Below the pieces are notes generated by a model. It had not been told where the DNA came from. It worked only from the letters and a program-made list of their open reading frames with translations, and did not search any database. From contig CAWGJT010000005.1 of NCBI GenBank assembly GCA_963822965.1, positions 128,001-192,000 of the forward strand: DNA of 64,000 bases, read 5' to 3'. Every line of letters starts with the position of its first letter. Position 1 is the first letter of the stretch. Origin of the DNA: an uncultured delta proteobacterium. Lineage in GTDB: Bacteria; Myxococcota_A; UBA9160; UBA4427. Positions 52,517-61,907 of the stretch are shown here, in pieces. The position numbers and the translations under genes were made by a program.

Positions 52517-53180
52517 ATGGCGGCGCCGGCAGCGATTCGCACACCCCGGGAGGCGCTCCCCGTCTTCCTGGGCCACGCGAGCCCGCGCATCCTGCTCGGC
52601 GCCCTCGCCCTCGTCGGCGCTCGCCCGTCTGGCGGCCGGGGGCTTCCGTCTCGCGGACCTCGCTCCCGTGGCGGTGCTGCTCGCCGTCTGGCCCTTGCAG
52701 GAGTGGCTGATCCACGTGCTCGTGCTCCACTGGCGGCCGCGCCGGCTGGCCGGGATCACGCTGGACTTCACGGTGCCCCGGAAGCACCGGGCGCATCACG
52801 CGGACCCGTCGGACCTCTCGCTCGTCTTCATTCCCGTGCACTCCTACGCCTACACGCTTCCGCTGCTCGTCCTGCTCGCGTTCGCCGTGAGCCCGGACGC
52901 ACGGCTCGCCGGGACCGGCCTCGCCGTGTACCTGGCTCTCGCGCTCCACTACGAGTGGGTGCACCTGCTGGCGCACACCCGCTGGAGCCCGCGCTGGGGA
53001 CCGTATCGCGCGCCGCTGCGGCAGCACCGGCTGCACCACTACAAGAACGAGCACTACTGGTTCGGCGTCACCCGCCGCGCCGCGGACCGCTGGCTGGGCA
53101 CGCGCCCGGCCCCCGAGGCGGTGCCGACCTCTCCCACGTGTCGCGCGCTGTTCGGGACCGACCCGGCGGCACCGGCCTGA
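52517..53180 (+). CDS. Sterol desaturase/fatty acid hydroxylase family protein (one frameshift near 52615)
   Basis: His boxes EW.IH...LH, HRAHH, YEWVH...H, HRLHH; the N-terminus lies in another frame. Confidence 0.82.
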
Positions 53181-53239
53181 GCGGGGAGCGGCGCGCACGA
53201 CACGCGGCGACCCGCGGAGGGTGCGAGAGAGACGAGACC

Positions 53240-54034
53240 ATGCGCCACCGCCTCACCTCCTATCGCGGCCTCACCGTGCTGGTGACCGGCGCCTCGAGCG
53301 GAATCGGACGGCTGCTGGCCCTCCGCATGGCCGAGCGGGGTGCCCGACTCGCCCTGGTGGCGCGCCGGGCGGACGAGCTCGAGCGCGTGGCCCTCACCAT
53401 CCGCGAGGCGGGGGGCGAGGCCGAGGCGCTGCCCTGCGACGTGGCCGACCGCGAGCAGGCGGAGGCCTGCGCGGCGCGCGCCCTGGAGCGCTTCGGGGCC
53501 GTGGACGTGCTGGTGAACAACGCCGGCTACGGCCACCACCGCACCTTCCTGGAGTGGGACCTCGCGGACATGGAGCAGCTGATGCGGGTCAACTACCTGG
53601 GCGCGCTCTACTTCACCAAGCGGCTGCTGCCCGGCATGGTGGAGCGCGGACGGGGCTGGCTCGTCTTCGTCTCGTCGGTGGCCGGCCGGATCGCGTCGCC
53701 CGAGGAGGCCGCCTACGCGGCGTCGAAGTTCGCCCTGCTGGGGCTCGCCCGGGCGTTGTCGATGGAGGTCGAGGACGCCGGCGTGCACGTGCTGACCGTG
53801 TGCCCGGGCGTGATCCGCACGCCGTTCTTCGACGACGAGGCCCTTCGGCGCATGCCGGCGGTGTCGCGGCGGGGAATGGCGGAGCCGGAGGGTCTCGTCG
53901 GGGCGATCCTGCGGGCCCTGGCGAAGGGCCGGCGCGAGATCACCTATCCGCGCTGGATCGCCTCGGGCTACCTCGTGCAGGCCCTGGCCCCGGGGTTCAT
54001 GCGGCGACAGGTCCGGCGCACCACCCTCGGCTGA
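53240..54034 (+). CDS. SDR family oxidoreductase
   Basis: TGASSGIG, NNAG, YAASK. Confidence 0.92.
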   Translation: MRHRLTSYRGLTVLVTGASSGIGRLLALRMAERGARLALVARRADELERVALTIREAGGEAEALPCDVADREQAEACAARALERFGAVDVLVNNAGYGHHRTFLEWDLADMEQLMRVNYLGALYFTKRLLPGMVERGRGWLVFVSSVAGRIASPEEAAYAASKFALLGLARALSMEVEDAGVHVLTVCPGVIRTPFFDDEALRRMPAVSRRGMAEPEGLVGAILRALAKGRREITYPRWIASGYLVQALAPGFMRRQVRRTTLG

Positions 54035-54059
54035 GACCCACCGTGGCCCCGTGACGCCC

Positions 54060-55457
54060 TCACCCGGGCGTCTCCTCCCCCGGCGCCGGATCGTGCCAGC
54101 CGCCGAACCGGTGGATCATGGCGTCCGCGGCCGCGGGACCCCAGCTGTCGGCCTCGTAGCGGCTCGACGGGCTTCTCGACTCGCATCACCGGGTCGATGA
54201 TCCGCCACGCCGCCTCCACCATGTCCTCGCGGGCGAAGAGGGTGGGATCGCCGTCGAGCGCGTCGCCGATCAGGCGCTCGTAGGCGGTCATCTTCTCGGC
54301 GCTCTGCCGGCACACCGCCAGCTCGACGGGCTCGCCCACCATCTCCTCGCCCGGCGTCTTCGCGCGGGCGCCGAGTGCCGATGACGACCTCGGGCGAGAG
54401 CCGGAAGCGAAGATGGTTGGGCTCGCCGTCGTTGGCGCGTCCGAAGACCGCGTGGGGCGGCCGCCGCAGCTCCACCCGCACCTCGGTCGCCGTGGTGGCG
54501 AGCCGCTTGCCCGTGCGGATGAAGACGGGCACGCCCGCCCAGCGCCAGGAGTCGATGTGGAGCTGCATGGCCGCGTAGGTCTCGACGTCCGAGTCCGACG
54601 CGACGCCGTCCTCGTCGCGATAGCCGCGGTACTGGCCGCGCACGAGGCTCCGCCCGGTGAGCGGGCGCACGGCCTTCAGCGCCTTGACCTGCTCGTCGCG
54701 GACGTCCTCCGACGCCGGCGACACCGGCGGCTCCATGGTCAGCAGCGCGACGATCTGGAGCATGTGGTTCTGCACCACGTCGCGGATGGCCCCGACCTCT
54801 TCGTAGAAGGCGCCCCGCCCCGCGACGCCGAAGCGCTCCGCGAGGGTGATCTGGATGCTCTCCACCCAGGTGCGATTCCAGATGGGCTCCACGAACGAGT
54901 TGACGAAGCGGAAGTAGAGCAGGTTCTGGACGGCCTCCTTGCCCATGAAGTGGTCGATGCGGAAGACCGACGCGGGCGGGAACGCCGCGCGCGAGCGCCT
55001 CGTTCAGGGCCCGGGCCGAGGCGAGGTCGCGCCCGAAGGGCTTCTCCACCACCACCCTTCCGTCGCGCCGGCAGCCGGACTCGTCCAGCTGCCCCACCAC
55101 GCCGCCGAACAGGCTCGGCGGGATGGCCAGGTAGTGGAGCGGGCGCTTCGCGTCGCCCAGCGCCTTCCCCAGCTGCGCGAAGGTCTTCTCGTCCCGATAG
55201 TCGCCGTCCACGTACTGGATGCGCTCCGCCAGGCGCTGCAGCACCTCGGGGTCGGGATCGCGCTCGGCGGCGGCGACGCTCTCGAGGAAGCGCTTGCGCA
55301 GGTCCTGCACCGTCATGCCGGAGAGCGCGACCCCCACCACGGGAAGACCGAGCCGCCCCCGCGCCTCCAGCCGGTAGATCGCGGGGAAGATCATCTTGAA
55401 CGCCAGGTCTCCGGTGGCGCCGAAGAGCACCAACGCATCGCAGCGTGAGCGGGTCAT
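54060..55457 (-). CDS. zwf: Glucose-6-phosphate dehydrogenase (frameshifted, probably sequencing error)
   Basis: FGATGDLA, EKPFG.DL.SA, RIDHFMGKE, RDVVQNH, RW.GVP..IRTGK, YERL; pieces in three frames. Confidence 0.92.
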
Positions 55458-55688
55458 GCGCGCTTCTCCTGACTGACCGGCCGACCCGGCGTGGACCGGC
55501 CTGCACCGCAAGCGAATCCGGAGGATTCCTCGGCTACGCTCGTCTCCTCCGGAAGGCGTCCTGCGTACGGAACGATGGACACCTCGTGGGCGGCCCTCGT
55601 TCGCCGCCGCGCGAGGTCCGGGTGTGAGGGTCGCCCGGCTCCGGCGTCCGCGCCAGCGAACGCGCCGGGGGGCGGCAGCGTCGAACGA

Positions 55689-55726
55689 ACGTAGGGCGAA
55701 CGCAGAGACGTAGGGCGAACACAGAG
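55689..55726. repeat. 19-bp tandem direct repeat x2 upstream of gnd
   Basis: ACGTAGGGCGAACGCAGAG / ACGTAGGGCGAACACAGAG. Confidence 0.85.
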
Positions 55727-55737
55727 GAGGAAATCGC

Positions 55738-56754
55738 GTGCAGATCGGAATGATCGGGCTGGGGCGCATGGGCTCACACATGGTGCGTCGCCTTCGACGC
55801 GACGGACACGCGTGCGTCGTGCACGACCGCGACGAGGCGGCGGCCGCGGCGCTCGCCGACTGCGGCGCCACCGCGGCGGCGACGCCCGAGGCGCTCGTCG
55901 CCGCGCTGGAAGCGCCGCGACACATCTGGATGATGGTTCCCGCGGCGGTGGTCGACGACGTCGTGCAGGATCTGGCGCAGCGGCTCTCGCCCGGCGACGT
56001 GGTGATCGACGGCGGAAACTCCAACTATCGGGACGACCTGCGGCGGGCGGCGCTGCTGGCGGAGCGCGGCGTCCGCTACGTGGACGTGGGCACGAGCGGC
56101 GGCATCTGGGGGCTCGACAACGGCTACTGCCTCATGATCGGCGGCGACGACGAGGTCGTGTCCCGGCTCGAGCCCGTCTTCGCCTCCCTCGCGCCGGGCG
56201 CGGACGCCGCGCCGCCCACCCCCGGCCGCAGCCCCGGCCAGGGCACCGCCGACCGCGGCTTCCTCCACTGCGGGCCGGTGGGCGCGGGACACTTCGTGAA
56301 GATGGTGCACAACGGCATCGAGTACGGCGTGATGGCCGCCTACAGCGAAGGCCTGAACGTCTTGCGCCACGCCGCCGGGGCGGGCGCCGCGCGGGCCCGG
56401 GACGCGGAGACGGCGCCCGAGCGCGACGACGTCCCCGCCTACGAGCTGCCCATCCCCGAGATCGCCGAGGTCTGGCGGCGGGGAAGCGTCATCCGCTCGT
56501 GGCTGCTCGATCTCGCGGCCACCGCCCTGCAGAAGGACGCAGACCTCGAGGCCTTCTCGGAGCACGTGGCCGACTCGGGAGAAGGACGCTGGACCGTGGA
56601 GACCGCCCTCGAGCTGGGCTCGCCAGCGCCGGTCCTGACGATGGCCCTCTACGGCCGCTTCGCCTCCCGGGGCGAGGACGACTACAGCCGCCGGGTGCTG
56701 TCCGCCCTGCGCTCGGCCTTCGGCGGCCACGGCAGCCTGCCGTCGGGAGCCTGA
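55738..56754 (+). CDS. gnd: Decarboxylating 6-phosphogluconate dehydrogenase (short YqeC type)
   Basis: GLGRMG, DGGNS, D.GTSGG, GHFVKMVHNGIEYG, DSGEGRW, R..FGGH. Confidence 0.94.
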   Translation: MQIGMIGLGRMGSHMVRRLRRDGHACVVHDRDEAAAAALADCGATAAATPEALVAALEAPRHIWMMVPAAVVDDVVQDLAQRLSPGDVVIDGGNSNYRDDLRRAALLAERGVRYVDVGTSGGIWGLDNGYCLMIGGDDEVVSRLEPVFASLAPGADAAPPTPGRSPGQGTADRGFLHCGPVGAGHFVKMVHNGIEYGVMAAYSEGLNVLRHAAGAGAARARDAETAPERDDVPAYELPIPEIAEVWRRGSVIRSWLLDLAATALQKDADLEAFSEHVADSGEGRWTVETALELGSPAPVLTMALYGRFASRGEDDYSRRVLSALRSAFGGHGSLPSGA

Positions 56755-56868
56755 GGGCGGGCCGCGCACAGCGGACACGGGAAGCGGCGCCGGGACGAGC
56801 CGGCGAGCCACGACGAGCGGGTCGCGGTGCCCGGCGGCGGCGGCCCGACCGTGGCTTGCGGGTGCCGA

Positions 56869-57261
56869 TCAATCCTCGCCGTCATCGTCCCCGAAGAGCC
56901 ATGTCTCCGCCGGAGCGGCCGTGCGAAACGCCCGCACCAGAAGGCCCGGGACCTCCCCGGCGTAGACGGAGGCGGCCCGCGCCATCCCGTAGGTCGAGTC
57001 ACGCGGCGCGACGACCGCGCAGCGGCAAGGAACGATGCGTTCCCCCAGCGACGCAGCGAGCCCGAGGATCCCTCGGACCGTCGGCATCGAAGACACGCCC
57101 TCCACCCCGGAGAGATCGCAGAGGATCCTCAAGCCCCCCTGAACACGCGGCTCACTCGCGAGAGCCGCCGCCAGCTCCTCGAGGTTCCAGGTGTCGGAAG
57201 TCCCGCTCAGCGCGAAGCGCAGCAACGGGACGTCGGCATCGATCGAGTACGAAGTCGGCAC
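56869..57261 (-). CDS. Hypothetical protein (STAS/SpoIIAA-like)
   Basis: IL.DLS, AVVAP....YGMAR, RAF.....AETWL pattern. Confidence 0.55.
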   Translation of the reverse strand: MPTSYSIDADVPLLRFALSGTSDTWNLEELAAALASEPRVQGGLRILCDLSGVEGVSSMPTVRGILGLAASLGERIVPCRCAVVAPRDSTYGMARAASVYAGEVPGLLVRAFRTAAPAETWLFGDDDGED

Positions 57262-57711
57262 GCCGCCACTCCAGAGTCAATCCGCACCAGCACGCGGCTT
57301 CCCGAGAAGTCTGGACTGTCCTGGAACCGGAGAGTGTCAGCAAAATGGAGCGGAAATGCCAACACCGACACCATATGGCGCCATTGGCGGAGACGGGCGC
57401 CACGGCTCGACGACGTCCTGCTGAAGTGGTGAACGGGGTTTGCGGCCATGCGCCAGAACAAGGCCTGGTTGAACGCGGCCCGTAAGCTCGGTTGCAACCT
57501 GCAGCCCAGGACGTGATCGAGCTGCGCTGCCTCGCAGACGAACCCCTCCGCAGACGACAGATCGCAGGGCACCTGGGACTCACCCCAAGACTCCCGACCG
57601 CTGACGCGCTCGACCGCCTGGAGCACACCAGGCGACGAGCGGGCGACAGGTCGAAAGCGGGCTGGAAGTCGCCCAAGCCCCCGAAACTCTTGAAGTCCCG
57701 ACCCGGAAGCA

Positions 57712-57787
57712 TGGTCGGGGTGGTGGGATTCGAACCCACGACGCTGAACCCCCAAAGTTCAGGCTCTAGCCACTGAGCTACACCCCG
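57712..57787 (-). tRNA. tRNA-Pro (anticodon TGG)
   Basis: 76-nt cloverleaf CGGGGTG..GCTC/GAGC..TGAAC-TTTGGGG-GTTCA..GTGGG-TTCGAAT-CCCAC-CACCCCG-A-CCA; C1:G72 and A73. Confidence 0.93.
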
Positions 57788-57881
57788 TACGGGCGGGACC
57801 GTACCACGCCGGGTCCCGCCGCCGCTCGGGGGCGTCCCGGCCCGCGGCGTGCTATCCCCCGGGTTTCGCAGCACTTTCCTC

Positions 57882-57947
57882 TCTTGTGTCCAGCCCCGGC
57901 GGATCTTGTGTCCAGCCCCGGCGGATCTCGTGTCCAGCCCCGACGGA
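57882..57947. repeat. 22-bp tandem repeat x3 upstream of leuC
   Basis: TCTTGTGTCCAGCCCCGGCGGA x2 plus TCTCGTGTCCAGCCCCGACGGA. Confidence 0.92.
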
Positions 57948-57967
57948 GCCATCGAGCGAGTCCTTGC

Positions 57968-59384
57968 ATGAGCAATCCCCCCCACAAGCACAACCTCTTC
58001 GACAAGGTCTGGGAGCTGCATCGGGTCCGCGAGCTTCCGAGCGGCCAGATCCAGCTCTTCATCGGCACGCACCTGGTGCACGAGGTCACGAGCCCCCAGG
58101 CGTTCGCCATGCTGCGCGAGCGCGGGCTTCCGGTCGCCTATCCCGACCGCACGTTCGCCACCGTGGACCACATCATCCCGACCGACTCCCAGCTGCGTCC
58201 GCTCTCGGACGAATTGGCCGAGGCGATGATGACCGAGCTCGAGCGCAACTGTCGCGAGCACGGCATCCGGCTCTTCGACGCGTCGAGTGGCGCCCAGGGC
58301 ATCGTGCACGTGATCGGCCCCGAGCTGGGCATCACCCTGCCCGGCTCCACCATCGCCTGCGGCGACAGCCACACCAGCACCCACGGCGCCTTCGGCGCCA
58401 TCGCCTTCGGCATCGGCACGAGCCAGGTGCGCGACGTGCTCGCCACCCAGTGCCTGGCGATGGCGCGCCTCGAGGTCCGGCGCATCGAGACCACCGGCAA
58501 GCTCTCGTCGGGCGTCTACGCGAAGGACGTCACCCTGGCCATCATCCGGCAGCTCGGGGTGAACGGCGGCGTGGGATACGCGTACGAGTACGCGGGCCCG
58601 GTCATCGAGGCGATGAGCCTCGAGGAGCGCATGACCGTCTGCAACATGTCCATCGAGGGCGGCGCGCGCTGCGGCTACGTGAACCCCGACGACACCACCT
58701 ACGAGTATCTTCGCGGGCGCCCCTATGCGCCCCAGGGCGAGGCGTTCGAGCGGGCGGTGGCCTGGTGGCGAAGCATCGCGAGCGAGCCCGGCGCCCACTA
58801 CGACGACGTGGTGCAGGTGGACGGCAGCCGCATCGCGCCCACGGTCACCTGGGGGATCAACCCGGGGCAGAACCTCGGCGTCGACGAGCGCATCCCGACG
58901 ATCTACGGCACCCCGGACGACGAGCGGGCGTCCGTCGCCGAGGCGCTCGAGTACATGGATCTGCGGGCGGGCGCACCCATCGCCGGCACCCCCATCGACG
59001 TGGCCTTCATCGGCAGCTGCACGAACGGGCGCATCTCCGACCTGCGCGAGGCGGCGCGGGTGGCCCGCACCGGCCGCGTGGCGTCCGGCGTGCGGGCGCT
59101 TGGTGGTGCCGGGCAGCCAGGCGGTGGCGCGCCAGGCCGAGGAGGAGGGCCTCGACGAGGTGTTCCGCGCCGCGGGCTTCCAGTGGCGCGAGCCCGGCTG
59201 CTCCATGTGCCTGGCCATGAACCCGGACAAGCTCGTCGGCCGCGAGATCTGCGCGTCCTCGAGCAATCGCAACTTCAAGGGCCGGCAGGGGTCGCCGACG
59301 GGACGCACGCTGCTGATGTCGCCGGCCATGGTGGCCGCGGCGGCCCTCCACGGAAAGGTCGTCGACGTGCGGGAGGTGCTGTGA
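57968..59384 (+). CDS. leuC: 3-isopropylmalate dehydratase large subunit (1-bp frameshift near 59100)
   Basis: [34 protein letters not shown], then in the next frame [23 protein letters not shown]. Confidence 0.94.
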
Positions 59385-60001
59385 TGGCGAGCACGGTCAT
59401 CGAGAAGGTCGAGGGCCGGGCCTGTGTGATGCACGGGGACGACATCGACACGGACCGCATCATCCCCGCCCGCTTCATGAAGGTGGTGACCTTCGACGAC
59501 GTGGGCGAGCACGCCTTCGAGGACGACCGCAAGGCCGCCAAGGGCAACCATCCCCTGGACGACGAGCGCTACGCGGGCGCCAGCATCCTGGTGGTGGAGC
59601 GCAACTTCGGCTGCGGTTCGTCGCGCGAGCACGCGCCCCAGGCGCTGATGCGCTTCGGCTTCAACGGCTTCGTCGGCGCCTCGTTCGCCGAGATCTTCGC
59701 CGGAAACTGCACGGCCCTCGGGCTGGTGTGCGCCACCCTCGAGGAGCACGACCTCGAGAACCTGATGCAGAGCGTCGAGCTCGACCCCGAGCAGACCCTC
59801 ACCATCAGCGTGGCCGAGGAGACGGTGACCTCCCGGGCCGGGACGGTGCCCGCGTCGATTCCGGCGGGCACCCGCCGCCAGCTGCTGGAAGGCACCTGGG
59901 ACGCGACGGCGATGCTGCTCGACGGCGCGGACGCCGTGGCGGAGACGGCGGCGCGGCTGCCTTATGTAGGCGGGTTCGCGAGCGCGAACCCGCAGGGCTG
60001 A
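59384..60001 (+). CDS. leuD: 3-isopropylmalate dehydratase small subunit
   Basis: [40 protein letters not shown] overlap with leuC. Confidence 0.95.
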   Translation: MASTVIEKVEGRACVMHGDDIDTDRIIPARFMKVVTFDDVGEHAFEDDRKAAKGNHPLDDERYAGASILVVERNFGCGSSREHAPQALMRFGFNGFVGASFAEIFAGNCTALGLVCATLEEHDLENLMQSVELDPEQTLTISVAEETVTSRAGTVPASIPAGTRRQLLEGTWDATAMLLDGADAVAETAARLPYVGGFASANPQG

Positions 60002-60160
60002 AGGTTCTTGTGAGCGGGTTCGCGAGCGGCGAACCCGCAGGGCTGAAGGCTCTTGTGAGCGCGTTCGCCGCGACGGCGAGCCCGCAGGGCCGAAGGCTCT
60101 TGTGAGCGGGTTCGCGACCGCGAACCCGCAGAGCCGAAGGCTCTGTCAGCGGCTTCGCCG
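59966..60160. repeat. REP-like array of ~45-bp units, each with a palindrome (4 full + 1 partial)
   Basis: GT(A/G)(G/A)GCGGGTTCGCG..CGCGAACCCGCAGGGC(T/C)GAAGG(C/T)TCTT units starting at 59966, 60010, 60055, 60102 and 60145. Confidence 0.88.
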
Positions 60161-60177
60161 GCTGAGCGCGGGCCGGG

Positions 60178-60954
60178 TCACTTGCCCCGGAACACCGGGT
60201 CGCGCTTCTCGAGGAAGGCGGCGAGGCCCTCGCTCTTGTCTTCGCTGGCGAAGAGGCCGCCGAAGGTCGACTGCTCCAGCCGGTGGGCGACGCGCACGTC
60301 CGCGTCCTGGGCCTCCTGCAGCACCCGCTTGGCGGACGCCACCGCCAGCGGACCGTTCTTCGCGATGGTCTCGCCCATCTCGACGGACTTCGGCAGCAGC
60401 TCGTCGGGCTCGAACACCCGGTTCACCAGGCCCATGGCGAGGGCCTCGTCCGCCTTGCAGCTCTGCCCGCCGAGGATGATCTCCTTGGCCCGGGCCAACC
60501 CCACCCGGCGCGTCACGCGGCTGGTGCCGCCGAAGCCGGGGATGAGCCCGAGCTTCACCTCGGGCTGGCCGAAGACCGCCTTGCTCGAGGCGTAGATCCA
60601 GTCGCACGCGCAGGCGAGCTCGCAGCCGCCGCCCAGCGCGAAGCCGTTCACGGCGGCGATGGTCGGTACGGCGAGGGCCTCCAGGGCGCCGAAGGTGTCG
60701 TGGCCCAGGCGGCTGAAGGCCTCGGCCTCGAGCGGGCTCATGCGGCTCATGGCCTCGATGTCGGCACCGGCCGCGAAGGCGCGCCCGGCCCCGGTGACGA
60801 CGAGGGCGCGGACCTCGGCGTCCCGGCCCACTGCCGCGACCGCCTCGCCCAGGGCGGCGAGCAGGGCCGCGTCCAGGGCGTTCAAGGCGTCGGGTCGGTC
60901 CAGGGTGAGGAGCGCCACGGGGCCGCGGCGCTCACGGCGTACGAGATCCGCCAA
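60178..60954 (-). CDS. Enoyl-CoA hydratase/isomerase
   Basis: DRPDALNAL, AFAAGADI, NGFALGGGCE, GQPEVKLG.IPGFGG; TTG start with AGGAG RBS. Confidence 0.92.
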   Translation of the reverse strand: MADLVRRERRGPVALLTLDRPDALNALDAALLAALGEAVAAVGRDAEVRALVVTGAGRAFAAGADIEAMSRMSPLEAEAFSRLGHDTFGALEALAVPTIAAVNGFALGGGCELACACDWIYASSKAVFGQPEVKLGLIPGFGGTSRVTRRVGLARAKEIILGGQSCKADEALAMGLVNRVFEPDELLPKSVEMGETIAKNGPLAVASAKRVLQEAQDADVRVAHRLEQSTFGGLFASEDKSEGLAAFLEKRDPVFRGK

Positions 60955-61138
60955 GGAAGCCTCTCCTGTCGTTCGTTCCCCTCGCAGCGGCCGCTCTCCC
61001 GCCGCTCTCCGTGAACGGCCGGGGGTCGACGTCCTGTGTCGGGGAACGCGAGACTCTATCATAGGCGCCACCGCGAAGAGCGCCGCGAGCCACCGCAGCG
61101 GAGCCCACGAGAGCGCGAAGCGCGAGAAGGAGAAACCG

Positions 61139-61867
61139 ATGGATTCGGCACCGACCTCGAAGACCGCGAGCCTGGCCGGTGCGCTGGGGCTGGGGGCCGT
61201 ACTGCTCGCGGTGGCCGGCGTGCTGCTGGCCCAGATCGGGCTTCCGAGCATGGTCGGGTTCAACACGTTCCTGCTGGGTCTGCTCGCGGGCGTCATCGCC
61301 CTCGTCCTCGGTGCCATCGGCCTGTTCATCACCCGGGGCGGTCGGCCCGGCCGACCGCGCGCCTGGATGGGCCTCGCCGGCGGCCTGGTGATGATCGTGG
61401 TGGTGGGCGTCGGCGCCAGCCCGGGAAGCGGGCTGCCGCCCATCAACGACATCACCACCGACCTCGACGATCCGCCGGTCTTCGCGCCAGCGACCGCCGG
61501 GCACCGCAACCACGGCCGCGACATGGCCTATCCGGAGGACTTCGCGCCCCTCGTGCGCGCCGCCTATCCGGACCTGCATCCGATCCACCTGGACGTGGCG
61601 CCCGCCGCCGCCTACGCCCGCTCGCTGGCCGCCGCCGAGTCCCTCGGCTGGCAGATCGGCCGGCGCGACCCCGCGGCCTTCACCTTCGAGGCGGAGGATG
61701 CGAGCGCCCTCTTCCACTTCGTGGACGACGTCGTCGTGCGGGTGCGCGCCGCGGACGGCGGCTCCCGGGTGGACGTGCGCTCGAAGTCGCGCGACGGCCG
61801 GGGCGACCTCGGCGCGAACGCGAACCGCATCCGCGCCTTCGCGAAGACGCTCGCGGAGCCCGGCTGA
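61139..61867 (+). CDS. DUF1499 domain membrane protein
   Basis: 3 TM segments, then P.I.DITTD..DPP.F, YPD..P, F.DDVVVRV, RVDVRS.SR.G.GDLG.NA.RI. Confidence 0.85.
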   Translation: MDSAPTSKTASLAGALGLGAVLLAVAGVLLAQIGLPSMVGFNTFLLGLLAGVIALVLGAIGLFITRGGRPGRPRAWMGLAGGLVMIVVVGVGASPGSGLPPINDITTDLDDPPVFAPATAGHRNHGRDMAYPEDFAPLVRAAYPDLHPIHLDVAPAAAYARSLAAAESLGWQIGRRDPAAFTFEAEDASALFHFVDDVVVRVRAADGGSRVDVRSKSRDGRGDLGANANRIRAFAKTLAEPG

Positions 61868-61907
61868 GACCGGACCCACGCCGGCCGTCCGGCCCTCGGC
61901 CTCCGCC

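Noticed and set aside
57884..60001. 705-aa LeuC-LeuD fusion ORF
   Set aside because: It is produced by an extra T near 59100; the true LeuC C-terminus (GCSMC, NRNF) is in another frame ending at 59384
59966..60160. CRISPR array
   Set aside because: The sequence between the palindromes is conserved rather than unique spacers, and there are no cas genes in the window
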